Below, piece by piece: positions 25,378 to 32,291 of a stretch of 56,956 bases of DNA. Both the position numbers and the translations under genes were made by a program. The stretch comes from Minisyncoccia bacterium (GTDB lineage Bacteria > Patescibacteriota > Minisyncoccia > Phycocordibacterales > GWA1-40-21), in contig JBAQFI010000014.1 in the NCBI GenBank assembly GCA_049287185.1, forward strand, positions 1 through 56,956. The letters run 5' to 3'. The first letter of the stretch is position 1, and each line of letters opens with the position of its first letter. The notes below the pieces were generated by a model. The model worked only from the letters and a program-made list of their open reading frames with translations, was not told where the DNA came from and searched no databases.

Positions 25378-25913
25378 TGTTTGGAACAAGAAAAAAAATA
25401 TTAATAGTTGTTGGTTTGATGACACTAATTTTCATTTTAGATGGCTACCTTGTTTGGTCAATTAATTCATATGGTAATAATAGCGAAAAAATTATTTCAA
25501 ATATTGATATTGAGATTACCAAGGAAGCTGAAAAAACGATGATTCAAGCCTCGATTCAAACTACCAAAGAAGATCGTCAATTATTAGACAATTTTTTCAT
25601 TGGGAAGGAAGGAGAGGTTGATTTCGTTAATAATTTAAAGACAATGGGGGACAAGGCTGGAGTTATTTTGAATATTGAGTCGGCTACTTTTGAAAACTAT
25701 CAAAATTCATCTTCATCTATTTCTGCCGAATTAGTCCATGTGCGACTGAAATCATCTGGTACTTGGTCTGAAGTTGTTGGTTTCTGGACACTTCTTGAAG
25801 CTATGCCATATCGTATTGCAATTGACAGAGTAAATCTAAGTAAGAGTACAGATAAAAAGGGATCCCCAATATGGAGTCAGCAAATAGATATAACTGCTTT
25901 TAAAAAGAAATAA
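25377..25913 (+). CDS. pilO: PilO-like bitopic pilus assembly protein
   Basis: Single N-terminal TM helix. Translationally coupled (overlapping stop and start). Confidence 0.45.
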   Translation: MFGTRKKILIVVGLMTLIFILDGYLVWSINSYGNNSEKIISNIDIEITKEAEKTMIQASIQTTKEDRQLLDNFFIGKEGEVDFVNNLKTMGDKAGVILNIESATFENYQNSSSSISAELVHVRLKSSGTWSEVVGFWTLLEAMPYRIAIDRVNLSKSTDKKGSPIWSQQIDITAFKKK

Positions 25914-25914
25914 T

Positions 25915-26235
25915 ATGATTTTTAAAAATAATAAACAAAATTTATATCAAATTTTAACCACCCATAAAACTGGTTATAAGAAAATTTTTGACAATTGGTT
26001 GATTGTTATTTTTACAAGCATTATATTAAATATTGCCATAATAATTTTAGCAATTTATTTTTGGACAATAATTAATAATCAAGAAATTACGATCCCAAGA
26101 CCTGAAACACTCGGTAATTTTGAAATGATTGATAAAAACCTCTTAGAAAAAATCATCAATCATTTTGATGAACAAGTAAAAATTAGTGATAATTGGGTAA
26201 AAGCGAGTCATTTATTGATTGACCCATCTCTCTGA
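25915..26235 (+). CDS. small bitopic membrane protein in the pilus operon
   Basis: One TM helix (WLIVIFTSIILNIAIIILAIYFW). Coupled to the preceding gene. Confidence 0.45.
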   Translation: MIFKNNKQNLYQILTTHKTGYKKIFDNWLIVIFTSIILNIAIIILAIYFWTIINNQEITIPRPETLGNFEMIDKNLLEKIINHFDEQVKISDNWVKASHLLIDPSL

Positions 26236-26257
26236 TAATGTTATATTTTTAGCGCTC

Positions 26258-26329
26258 GCCCTCGTAGCTTAATGGATAAAGCAGAGCTCTTCTAAGGCTT
26301 TGATGTGGGTTCGATTCCTGCCGAGGGCG
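26258..26329 (+). tRNA. tRNA-Arg (anticodon UCU)
   Basis: GCCCTCG acceptor, anticodon loop CTTCTAA, T arm GTGGGTTCGATTCCTGC. No CCA is encoded. Confidence 0.9.
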
Positions 26330-26562
26330 CAAAAATTAAAACCGCTAAAAGCGGTTTTAATTTGCCTGCCCTCGAGAAGCCGTGGAGACGGCTTCGTGCA
26401 GGAATCGAAGCCCCATTGAGTGTATTTTGTGAGTCCTTCGAAACAAAATACCCAATGGGGGTACTGAAGCTGTAAGTTTCGATAAATGTACTCATGGCCC
26501 TGCCGTCTTAATTCTTTGAGTGACGACGAGTAAAATATCTGTGACAGATTCCTGTCGAGCCC
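26330..26562 (+). repeat. tRNA-3'-end-linked structured element (Arg-UCU copy, type B body)
   Basis: The order is terminator hairpin, GCCCTCGA, hairpin GAAGCCGT/ACGGCTTC, then GCAGGAATCGAA, the exact complement of TTCGATTCCTGC. The body has the 8 bp helix CCCCATTG (26411-26418) / CAATGGGG (26453-26460). A degenerate terminal copy GATTCCTGTCGAGCCC follows. Confidence 0.8.
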
Positions 26563-26873
26563 TATTTTTTCTTCATCATTACCACCATAATTATCGTTCC
26601 AATCGTCCAAAGTGGTAAAACATCAACAAGAGGAATTAACTCCCCAAGAGAACTGACTGATATAGTCGCCAATTGTTTAGGATGATGGGTCAGAGGTATT
26701 TTTAATAGACTAAACCAAATCCAGAAAATAATTGTTGTAATCAGAGTGATTATGGGCACAACATATGTTCCTAATATAAAGGTCGTTAAAATTAATTGTG
26801 TCAGGTCAATTATCATTGCAAAAGCAATCATCAAAAATGCAGTCAGGTTTGTTATTTTTTGTGTATTTTCCAT
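26562..26873 (-). CDS. small polytopic membrane protein
   Basis: 103 aa with three hydrophobic helices. Confidence 0.5.
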   Translation of the reverse strand: MENTQKITNLTAFLMIAFAMIIDLTQLILTTFILGTYVVPIITLITTIIFWIWFSLLKIPLTHHPKQLATISVSSLGELIPLVDVLPLWTIGTIIMVVMMKKK

Positions 26874-26954
26874 AAAATAGATTGTAGCAATAAGTAAAAA
26901 GGAAGGGAAGCTTTCTTGATTATTGAAGTAATTTAAGCTATATTTTTCCTATAT

Positions 26955-27027
26955 GGGCGGTTAGCTCAGTTGGTAGAGCGCAACATTGACGTTGTTGATG
27001 TCAGAGGTTCGAATCCTCTACCGCCCA
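26955..27027 (+). tRNA. tRNA-Val (anticodon GAC)
   Basis: GGGCGGT acceptor, GCTCAGTTGGTAGAGC D arm, anticodon loop TTGACGT, T arm AGAGGTTCGAATCCTCT. No CCA is encoded. Confidence 0.9.
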
Positions 27028-27275
27028 CAAAAAATACGAAGTAGTTTTTTTGTGGGCGGTAAGTAAGGTCTGGAGAGACCTTACGTGAGGATTCGAAGTC
27101 CGATTGAGTATTTTTTCTAGCTGACTAGCGAAGAAAAAATCCAGAGGGGTTGAATTGCGAATACTTAGAGTAATTCAAAGACGGAGGCTGACGAGCCGAG
27201 TCGGGGTCGCGTAAATTTTCAATAGAAAATTATATGTGACCTGACCGTGTAACGGTCGAAATTCCTCTACCTACG
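27028..27275 (+). repeat. tRNA-3'-end-linked structured element (Val copy, chimeric type B/A body)
   Basis: TGTGGGCGGTA (27051-27061) is the exact complement of TACCGCCCACA. The hairpin AGTAAGGTCT/AGACCTTACGT follows. GAGGATTCGAA (27087-27097) is the exact complement of TTCGAATCCTC. The body has AGACGGAGG, GAGTCGGGGTCGCG and GTGACC, and a degenerate terminal copy AATTCCTCTACCTACG follows. Confidence 0.85.
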
Positions 27276-27332
27276 TACTGATAATTTTTCTTATACTATA
27301 TACATAATACCCTATACTAAATACTAATTTTC

Positions 27333-28112
27333 ATGCTAGTCTATAATCACACTATGAAAATCCCAATCCTCTATGAAGACAAAGATATAGCTATCATCAA
27401 CAAACCAGCCGGTTTAATGGTGCACCCTGATGGAAAATCTAAACCCGCCCGACCGAATGATTCTGGTCATTCGGGCGGGGAAAAAACTTTAGTGGATTGG
27501 GTATTACAGAAATTTCCCGCTACTAAAAAAGTGGGGGAGCCAATAACTTTAACAGATGGAACAGTGATTATTCGTCCTGGTATTGTTCATCGCTTAGATA
27601 AAGAAACTTCCGGAGTCATGATTGTAGCCAAGACTAAAGCTGGTTTTGAATTTTATAAAGATAAATTTCAAAATCGCGAGATGAAAAAAGTTTATCATGC
27701 TTTTGTTTGGGGAGAAGTAAAAGAAGATGATGGTAAAATAAACCGTCCAATCGGCAGAAGTAGTACTGATTTTCGTCTTTATTCCGCTCAGCGTGGAGCT
27801 CGTGGTGAGATTCGTGAAGCCTTAACCGAGTATAATGTCTTATTCCGTGGCAAGGGTTATTCATTTGTTTCTGCTATGCCTAGAACCGGACGAACACACC
27901 AGATTCGTGTCCATTTTAAGGCTGTAAACCATCCGATTATTGGCGATGCTCTTTATGCTCCAAAATACAGAAAAGCCCTCGGATTCAAACGAGTTGCCCT
28001 ACATTCATACGCTATAAATTTTATTGATCGCCAAGGTAAGGAGATTACAGTGAAGGCACCTGATCCAGAAGACTTTAAAATAGCGGCCAAGAAAATCGGC
28101 CTAATTAAGTAG
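27333..28112 (+). CDS. RluA-family pseudouridine synthase
   Basis: HRLDKETSGVMIV catalytic motif and GRTHQIR motif. The probable true start is the Met at 27354 (MKIPILYED). Confidence 0.85.
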   Translation: MLVYNHTMKIPILYEDKDIAIINKPAGLMVHPDGKSKPARPNDSGHSGGEKTLVDWVLQKFPATKKVGEPITLTDGTVIIRPGIVHRLDKETSGVMIVAKTKAGFEFYKDKFQNREMKKVYHAFVWGEVKEDDGKINRPIGRSSTDFRLYSAQRGARGEIREALTEYNVLFRGKGYSFVSAMPRTGRTHQIRVHFKAVNHPIIGDALYAPKYRKALGFKRVALHSYAINFIDRQGKEITVKAPDPEDFKIAAKKIGLIK

Positions 28113-28159
28113 ATATAACGTTTGCTTTTATTAGAAACCTGTGCTAAATTGTCCACATT

Positions 28160-28555
28160 ATGGAAATCAAGATGTCACCAGTAAATATTGAAGAAAGAAA
28201 GAAAATGGATATTCGCGCAGGCGATACTATTTGTGTTTGGCAAAAAATTATTGAAGGAGATAAGTCTCGTTTGCAGGCTTTTGAAGGAATTGTTTTAGCT
28301 CGTAAACATGGTACTGAAGCTGGTGGAACTTTCACCGTTCGTAAAGTTATTGATGGTATTGGTGTAGAAAAGATTTTCCCATTGTATTCTCCTAATGTTG
28401 ATAAAATTGACATCATCCGCCGTTCAAAAGTTCGTCGTGCAAAACTTTATTACATTCGTGACAAAGCTACCAAAGAAATCAAACGTCACATGCGCAAGAT
28501 TATGGGTACCAACGAAGTTAAGGAAGATAAAGTTGCTGATAAGAAAGCTGAATAA
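28160..28555 (+). CDS. rplS: 50S ribosomal protein L19
   Basis: [25 protein letters not shown]...[10 protein letters not shown] pattern. Confidence 0.9.
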   Translation: MEIKMSPVNIEERKKMDIRAGDTICVWQKIIEGDKSRLQAFEGIVLARKHGTEAGGTFTVRKVIDGIGVEKIFPLYSPNVDKIDIIRRSKVRRAKLYYIRDKATKEIKRHMRKIMGTNEVKEDKVADKKAE

Positions 28556-28560
28556 AATTA

Positions 28561-28587
28561 AAAAAACCGCTCATCGCGGTTTTTTTG
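28561..28587 (+). terminator. intrinsic terminator
   Basis: AAAAAACCGCTCATCGCGGTTTTTTT. Confidence 0.75.
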
Positions 28588-28651
28588 TTTAATACTAATT
28601 GGTATACGCTATATCCTTGAGCACTAATTATATATATGATAAAATAAGGTA

Positions 28652-29314
28652 ATGGGAAAGAGGGGAACAAAGCCAAAGAATAAAGTAAAAATTAAGTGGT
28701 CCGGTAATTTTGCTTATGCAATGGGACTGATTGCTACTGATGGTAATTTATCTCCAGATGGACGCCATATTAATTTTACTTCTAAGGATATCGAACAGAT
28801 AGCAAATTTTATGAAGGCACTAGAAATAGAATGCAATATTGGAAAAAAATCAAATGGCCACGTTAAACATAAAAAATACTTTGTAATTCAGTTTGGAGAC
28901 GTTAATTTCTATTCGTTTCTCAATTCGATTGGACTAAAACCTAATAAGTCTAAAACTATCGGTAGTATTAAACTGCCAAGCAAATATTTTTTTGATTTCT
29001 TGAGGGGATGCTTTGATGGGGATGGTTGTTTCTATTCATATTGGGATAAACGCTGGAAATCTAGTTTTATGTTTTACACTGAATTCGTATCGGCCAGTCA
29101 AAAACACATTTTATGGCTACAAGATGAAATATTTAGAAGGATAAATATTAAGGGACATATAACAAAGGGCGGAAATAATTCTTGTTATCAATTAAAATAT
29201 GCCAAATCTGATTCTCTAAAATTATTAAAAAAAATTTATTATAAAGGTGATTTAATCTGTCTAGATAGGAAGAAGTTGAAAATTAGAAAAATATTAGGTA
29301 ATATTGCCAAGTAG
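28652..29314 (+). CDS. LAGLIDADG-family homing endonuclease (two-motif, free-standing)
   Basis: Two LAGLIDADG-like motifs, YAMGLIATDGNL and FLRGCFDGDGCF, about 100 aa apart. Confidence 0.8.
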   Translation: MGKRGTKPKNKVKIKWSGNFAYAMGLIATDGNLSPDGRHINFTSKDIEQIANFMKALEIECNIGKKSNGHVKHKKYFVIQFGDVNFYSFLNSIGLKPNKSKTIGSIKLPSKYFFDFLRGCFDGDGCFYSYWDKRWKSSFMFYTEFVSASQKHILWLQDEIFRRINIKGHITKGGNNSCYQLKYAKSDSLKLLKKIYYKGDLICLDRKKLKIRKILGNIAK

Positions 29315-29335
29315 CTCGGTTTAATAGGAGTTAAT

Positions 29336-29419
29336 GCACGGGTGTCGAAACTGGTAGACGATCTGCCTTGAGGTGGCAGCGCCCGCAAGGGCATGGAGGT
29401 TCAAGTCCTCTCCCGTGCA
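29336..29419 (+). tRNA. tRNA-Leu (anticodon GAG)
   Basis: GCACGGG acceptor, anticodon stem-loop CTGCC TTGAGGT GGCAG, long variable arm, T arm GGAGGTTCAAGTCCTCT. No CCA is encoded. Confidence 0.9.
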
Positions 29420-29588
29420 CAAAAAATACCCTAAGAAGGGTATTTTTTCTGCGCGGAGCAAGCCATGGGGATGGCTTGCGAGAGAGGACTTGAAGCCTGT
29501 TTGAGTATTTTATCGAGCTTTCTTAAGCGAAGAAAAAATCCAAACAGGATACTGGTCATGTAATGACCAAGATTCCTCTCCCGTGCAA
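29420..29588 (+). repeat. tRNA-3'-end-linked structured element (Leu copy, type B body)
   Basis: The order is terminator hairpin, TGCGCGGAG, hairpin CAAGCCAT/ATGGCTTG, then GAGAGGACTTGAA, the exact complement of TTCAAGTCCTCTC. The body has the helix CCTGTTTG (29496-29503) / CAAACAGG (29541-29548). A 14 nt perfect direct repeat TCCTCTCCCGTGCA lies at 29406-29419 and 29574-29587. Confidence 0.85.
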
Positions 29589-29723
29589 CACTATTTCATC
29601 TTACCCCTTTACAAACAAACAATACTATGCTAGATTATACATGTAACCGCCAGAAGCGGTTTTGTTCTTTAAGTGGCTTAAATACTAAGCTAAAATCAAA
29701 ATAAATCAAAAAAGGGGGAAGAC

Positions 29724-29963
29724 ATGCTAAGAATGCAATGTACCAAGAAACAATGCGAAAAGTGCATCAGTTGCACGTGTTCGGTGCGAGATTTAGTTCG
29801 CGAAAAAACTGGATACGAGGGTAAGATTAGTCCGAGGAATTGGACTAGGCTTATAAGGCTGGGAATCTTTGATGCTTTGGTGTCAGAAAAAAAAGGTGAC
29901 CCGATTGTTGGGGACACCTTGAAAAAAATCGCCAATAAAGTATTGGCCGGTCAGTCACTTTAA
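29724..29963 (+). CDS. small Cys-rich hypothetical protein
   Basis: AAGGGGG RBS 5 nt upstream, N-terminal CxxxxCxxCxxCxC pattern. Preferred over the overlapping antisense ORF 29696-29935. Confidence 0.5.
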   Translation: MLRMQCTKKQCEKCISCTCSVRDLVREKTGYEGKISPRNWTRLIRLGIFDALVSEKKGDPIVGDTLKKIANKVLAGQSL

Positions 29964-30033
29964 TTTATTTTGACTAGCGAGGAGCGGATGGAAGAGTACT
30001 CTCTTACATCACGTCCGAGCGAAGTCAAACTAT
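29964..30033. repeat. 70 nt repeat, copy 1 of an inverted pair
   Basis: The reverse complement of 29964-30033 matches 43587-43657 with a single mismatch by manual alignment. Confidence 0.9.
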
Positions 30034-30064
30034 GAGGTTTACGCTCTTAATTTTTGATTAACAA

Positions 30065-30095
30065 AAGTCCACATCTAAAGATGCGGACTTTTTCT
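30065..30095 (+). terminator. intrinsic terminator
   Basis: AAGTCCACATC/GATGCGGACTT hairpin followed by TTTT. Confidence 0.55.
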
Positions 30096-30126
30096 TTTGT
30101 ATTTTTTCTGATGTATAATTTGTGAC

Positions 30127-30660
30127 ATGTATACTCGAAAAGGTGATGATGGTAAAACCACTTTATTTCATTGTGATCAGCGCTTATCAAAAAGCTCTAT
30201 TATTGCTGAGGCTCTAGGCACGCTTGATGAACTAAATTCTTTTTTAGGAATTTGTCGTACCAAAGCCAGTGGTGAAGAAAATAACGATTTAGCAAAACAA
30301 ATTTTACTGGTGCAAAATGATTTATTTATTATTCAGGCTAGTTTGGCTGGTGCTGATAAACATATTAATCTAGAGAGGGTAGAGTGGTTAGAAAATATAA
30401 TTGGAGGAATTGAAAAAGAAATTCCACCCATTAAAAATTTTATTATTCCAGGTAGTGATGAGGTAACCGCACATATAGATTATGCTCGAACACTAGCTCG
30501 CAAAGCTGAAAGGAGAGCGGTCGCAGTTTTCGATGAAGGAAAAGTTCAAGTGGAAAAAAATACTTTAATTTATTTAAATCGTTTATCCTCATTTTTGTTT
30601 GCTTTAGGTAGACAAAAGGCCTATAAGTCTGGTATAAATGAGGAGCATCCAAATTACTAG
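30127..30660 (+). CDS. PduO-type ATP:cob(I)alamin adenosyltransferase family protein
   Basis: N-terminal YTRKGDDGKTTL motif, size 177 aa. Confidence 0.8.
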   Translation: MYTRKGDDGKTTLFHCDQRLSKSSIIAEALGTLDELNSFLGICRTKASGEENNDLAKQILLVQNDLFIIQASLAGADKHINLERVEWLENIIGGIEKEIPPIKNFIIPGSDEVTAHIDYARTLARKAERRAVAVFDEGKVQVEKNTLIYLNRLSSFLFALGRQKAYKSGINEEHPNY

Positions 30661-30692
30661 GATGCAATATCTGTTAATCTAGCAGAACTAAT

Positions 30693-30764
30693 GGTGCCTA
30701 TAGTTTAGTGGTAAAACTCCGGTTTGTGGAACCGGTATCGAGAGTTCGATTCTCTCTAGGCACC
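30693..30764 (+). tRNA. tRNA-His (anticodon GUG) with encoded G-1
   Basis: G-1 at 30693 pairs with C73. Anticodon stem-loop CCGGT TTGTGGA ACCGG, T arm GAGAGTTCGATTCTCTC. No CCA is encoded. Confidence 0.9.
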
Positions 30765-30963
30765 CAAAAATAACGAGCTAAACACAATAGTGTTTAGCGA
30801 TTATATTTTTGTAGTACCTAGAGAGAATCGAAAGACGGAGGCCGCGAAGCCAGTCGAACGTAGTGAGACTGTGGCCGAGTCGGGGTCGAGAGTACTTAGG
30901 CTTTTAGAAATTCATATTTTTAAAAGACTTAGTAACTCGTGACCGATTCTCTCTAGGCACCCA
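30765..30963 (+). repeat. tRNA-3'-end-linked structured element (His copy 1, type A body, unsplit guide)
   Basis: Terminator hairpin first. GTACCTAGAGAGAATCGAA (30814-30832) is the complement of TTCGATTCTCTCTAGGCAC with one mismatch. The body has AGACGGAGG, GAGTCGGGGTCGAG and GTGACC. The element ends in a perfect 20 nt copy of the tRNA 3' end (30944-30963). Confidence 0.85.
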
Positions 30964-31197
30964 TGAAAAAAGCGGCGTAAGCCGTTTTTGTCATGGGTGC
31001 CTAAGCAAACAAAAGTATTTGTTTGCGTGGAGAATCGAAAGACGGAGCCAATGATTTTCAGTAGAAAATCATGTGAGTCGGGGTCGCGACTTTTTCTGAA
31101 CGACGGTGAAGAAAAAAGCCGTGACCGATTCTCTCGTTTTCCTAATAAAATTTAATTGGGACTGCTCCTGTAATGGTCGATTCTCTCTAGGCACCCA
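30964..31197 (+). repeat. tRNA-3'-end-linked structured element (His copy 2 plus a short third stub)
   Basis: The order is terminator hairpin, TGGGTGCCTA (30994-31003), hairpin AGCAAACAAA/TTTGTTTGCGT, GGAGAATCGAA. The body has AGACGGAG, GAGTCGGGGTCGCG and GTGACCGATTCTCTCG. A stub of about 55 nt follows, ending in a third perfect 20 nt copy (31178-31197). Confidence 0.85.
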
Positions 31198-31260
31198 CAT
31201 TTCAAAAACTTGTAATCCGAAATCAATCCCTTCTCTTATATTTTTTGCTATAATATTTCT

Positions 31261-32181
31261 ATGCTAGCTTTATTATCTTCAATTTTTGGAGCAGTCGGTT
31301 CATTAGCCCTATTTATTTTTAGTATATTATCCTTTGACAGACTAATCCGAAAACATACCAGTAGTAAAATAAAGGAATTATTAACATCATTAACTTCAAA
31401 TCCTGTTAAGGGTCTAATTTTTGGTTTTATTACTTCAGCTATAATACAATCCAGCTCGGCTCTAACTACCTTACTTGCGTCGCTAGCTGATGCTGGAATG
31501 ATTTCTATTTATAACAGTCTGGGTGTTATTTTCGGAGCCAACATTGGTACTACTATCACTGCTCAATTAATAGCCTTCAATTTTGCTAGCATCTCACCTT
31601 TAATAATTATTATTGGTGTTATATTTTTACTTTGGGGTGGACGATTTCGTAATTATGGAAAGCCAATAATTTATTTTGGTCTGTTATTTTTTTCAATTTA
31701 TTTAATCTCCTATTTTGTTTCCAAAGTAGACAGTGTTTTCTTTATAGATTACATTGCTTTAATTTCTAATTTATACATTGCTATTTTTGTTGGTATTATT
31801 GCTTCAACTCTATCTCAATCAAGCAGTGTCGTAACCGGAATAGTGCTCGTTATGGCGGGCATGGGGCATTTCGATTTGATGCAGTCTGTCGGTTTGATTC
31901 TGGGAGCAAACATTGGTACTACCACAACAGTTTTAATTGCTTCCTTGGTAATGGGTAAAGAAGCAAAAAAAGTTGCTGTTGCTCAATTTCTCTTTAACTT
32001 TTTAGGCGTTATTATTGTTTTACCTATTATTAATATTTTTTATTATGTTGTCGATTGGCTTGACGGTGACATCGTCCATCAGGTCGCAAATATTCATTTA
32101 CTATTTAATGTTTTTTGTGCCGCGGTCTTTATAATTGCGATTAAACCTTTTGCCTGGTTAGTCAATAGAATTGTAAAATAA
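31261..32181 (+). CDS. Na/Pi cotransporter family protein (short, no PhoU domain)
   Basis: Duplicated QSSSA(L/V)T...GANIGTT motifs in a polytopic membrane protein. Confidence 0.8.
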   Translation: MLALLSSIFGAVGSLALFIFSILSFDRLIRKHTSSKIKELLTSLTSNPVKGLIFGFITSAIIQSSSALTTLLASLADAGMISIYNSLGVIFGANIGTTITAQLIAFNFASISPLIIIIGVIFLLWGGRFRNYGKPIIYFGLLFFSIYLISYFVSKVDSVFFIDYIALISNLYIAIFVGIIASTLSQSSSVVTGIVLVMAGMGHFDLMQSVGLILGANIGTTTTVLIASLVMGKEAKKVAVAQFLFNFLGVIIVLPIINIFYYVVDWLDGDIVHQVANIHLLFNVFCAAVFIIAIKPFAWLVNRIVK

Positions 32182-32291
32182 TACACCGATTGCTTTTTTA
32201 TCGATAAATGCTAGGCTAAAAATAGAAAATTTAAAGTTATTTAAACAATACATAACAAGTAATTTTGTTGTGAAAAAAGGGGAGAAGGATT

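Noticed and set aside
26269-26610. ORFs overlapping tRNA genes and their downstream elements (26269-26610, 26292-26495, 20938-21336, 4890-5108, 4835-5017).
   Set aside because: They run antisense or out of frame through well-folded tRNAs and structured repeats. They lack RBS sequences and have odd compositions. They are artefacts of open frames in non-coding DNA.
27188-27195. CTGACGAG in the Val element resembles the hammerhead ribozyme CUGANGA box.
   Set aside because: The string is not conserved in the His, Ser or Lys copies. No GAAA box or suitably placed NUH cleavage site and three-stem layout could be drawn. It is treated as coincidence pending proper ribozyme searches.
29696-29935. Minus-strand ORF 29696-29935 overlapping the plus-strand ORF 29724-29963.
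   Set aside because: The plus-strand ORF has a strong AAGGGGG RBS at ideal spacing and a Cys-motif N-terminus. The minus-strand ORF has no RBS and a low-complexity hydrophobic translation.
30747-31197. Three perfect 20 nt direct repeats spaced about 200-230 nt apart might be a mini CRISPR array.
   Set aside because: The spacing is far too large and the repeat is the tRNA-His 3' end itself. The intervening sequences are homologous to each other (element bodies). No cas genes are present in the window.
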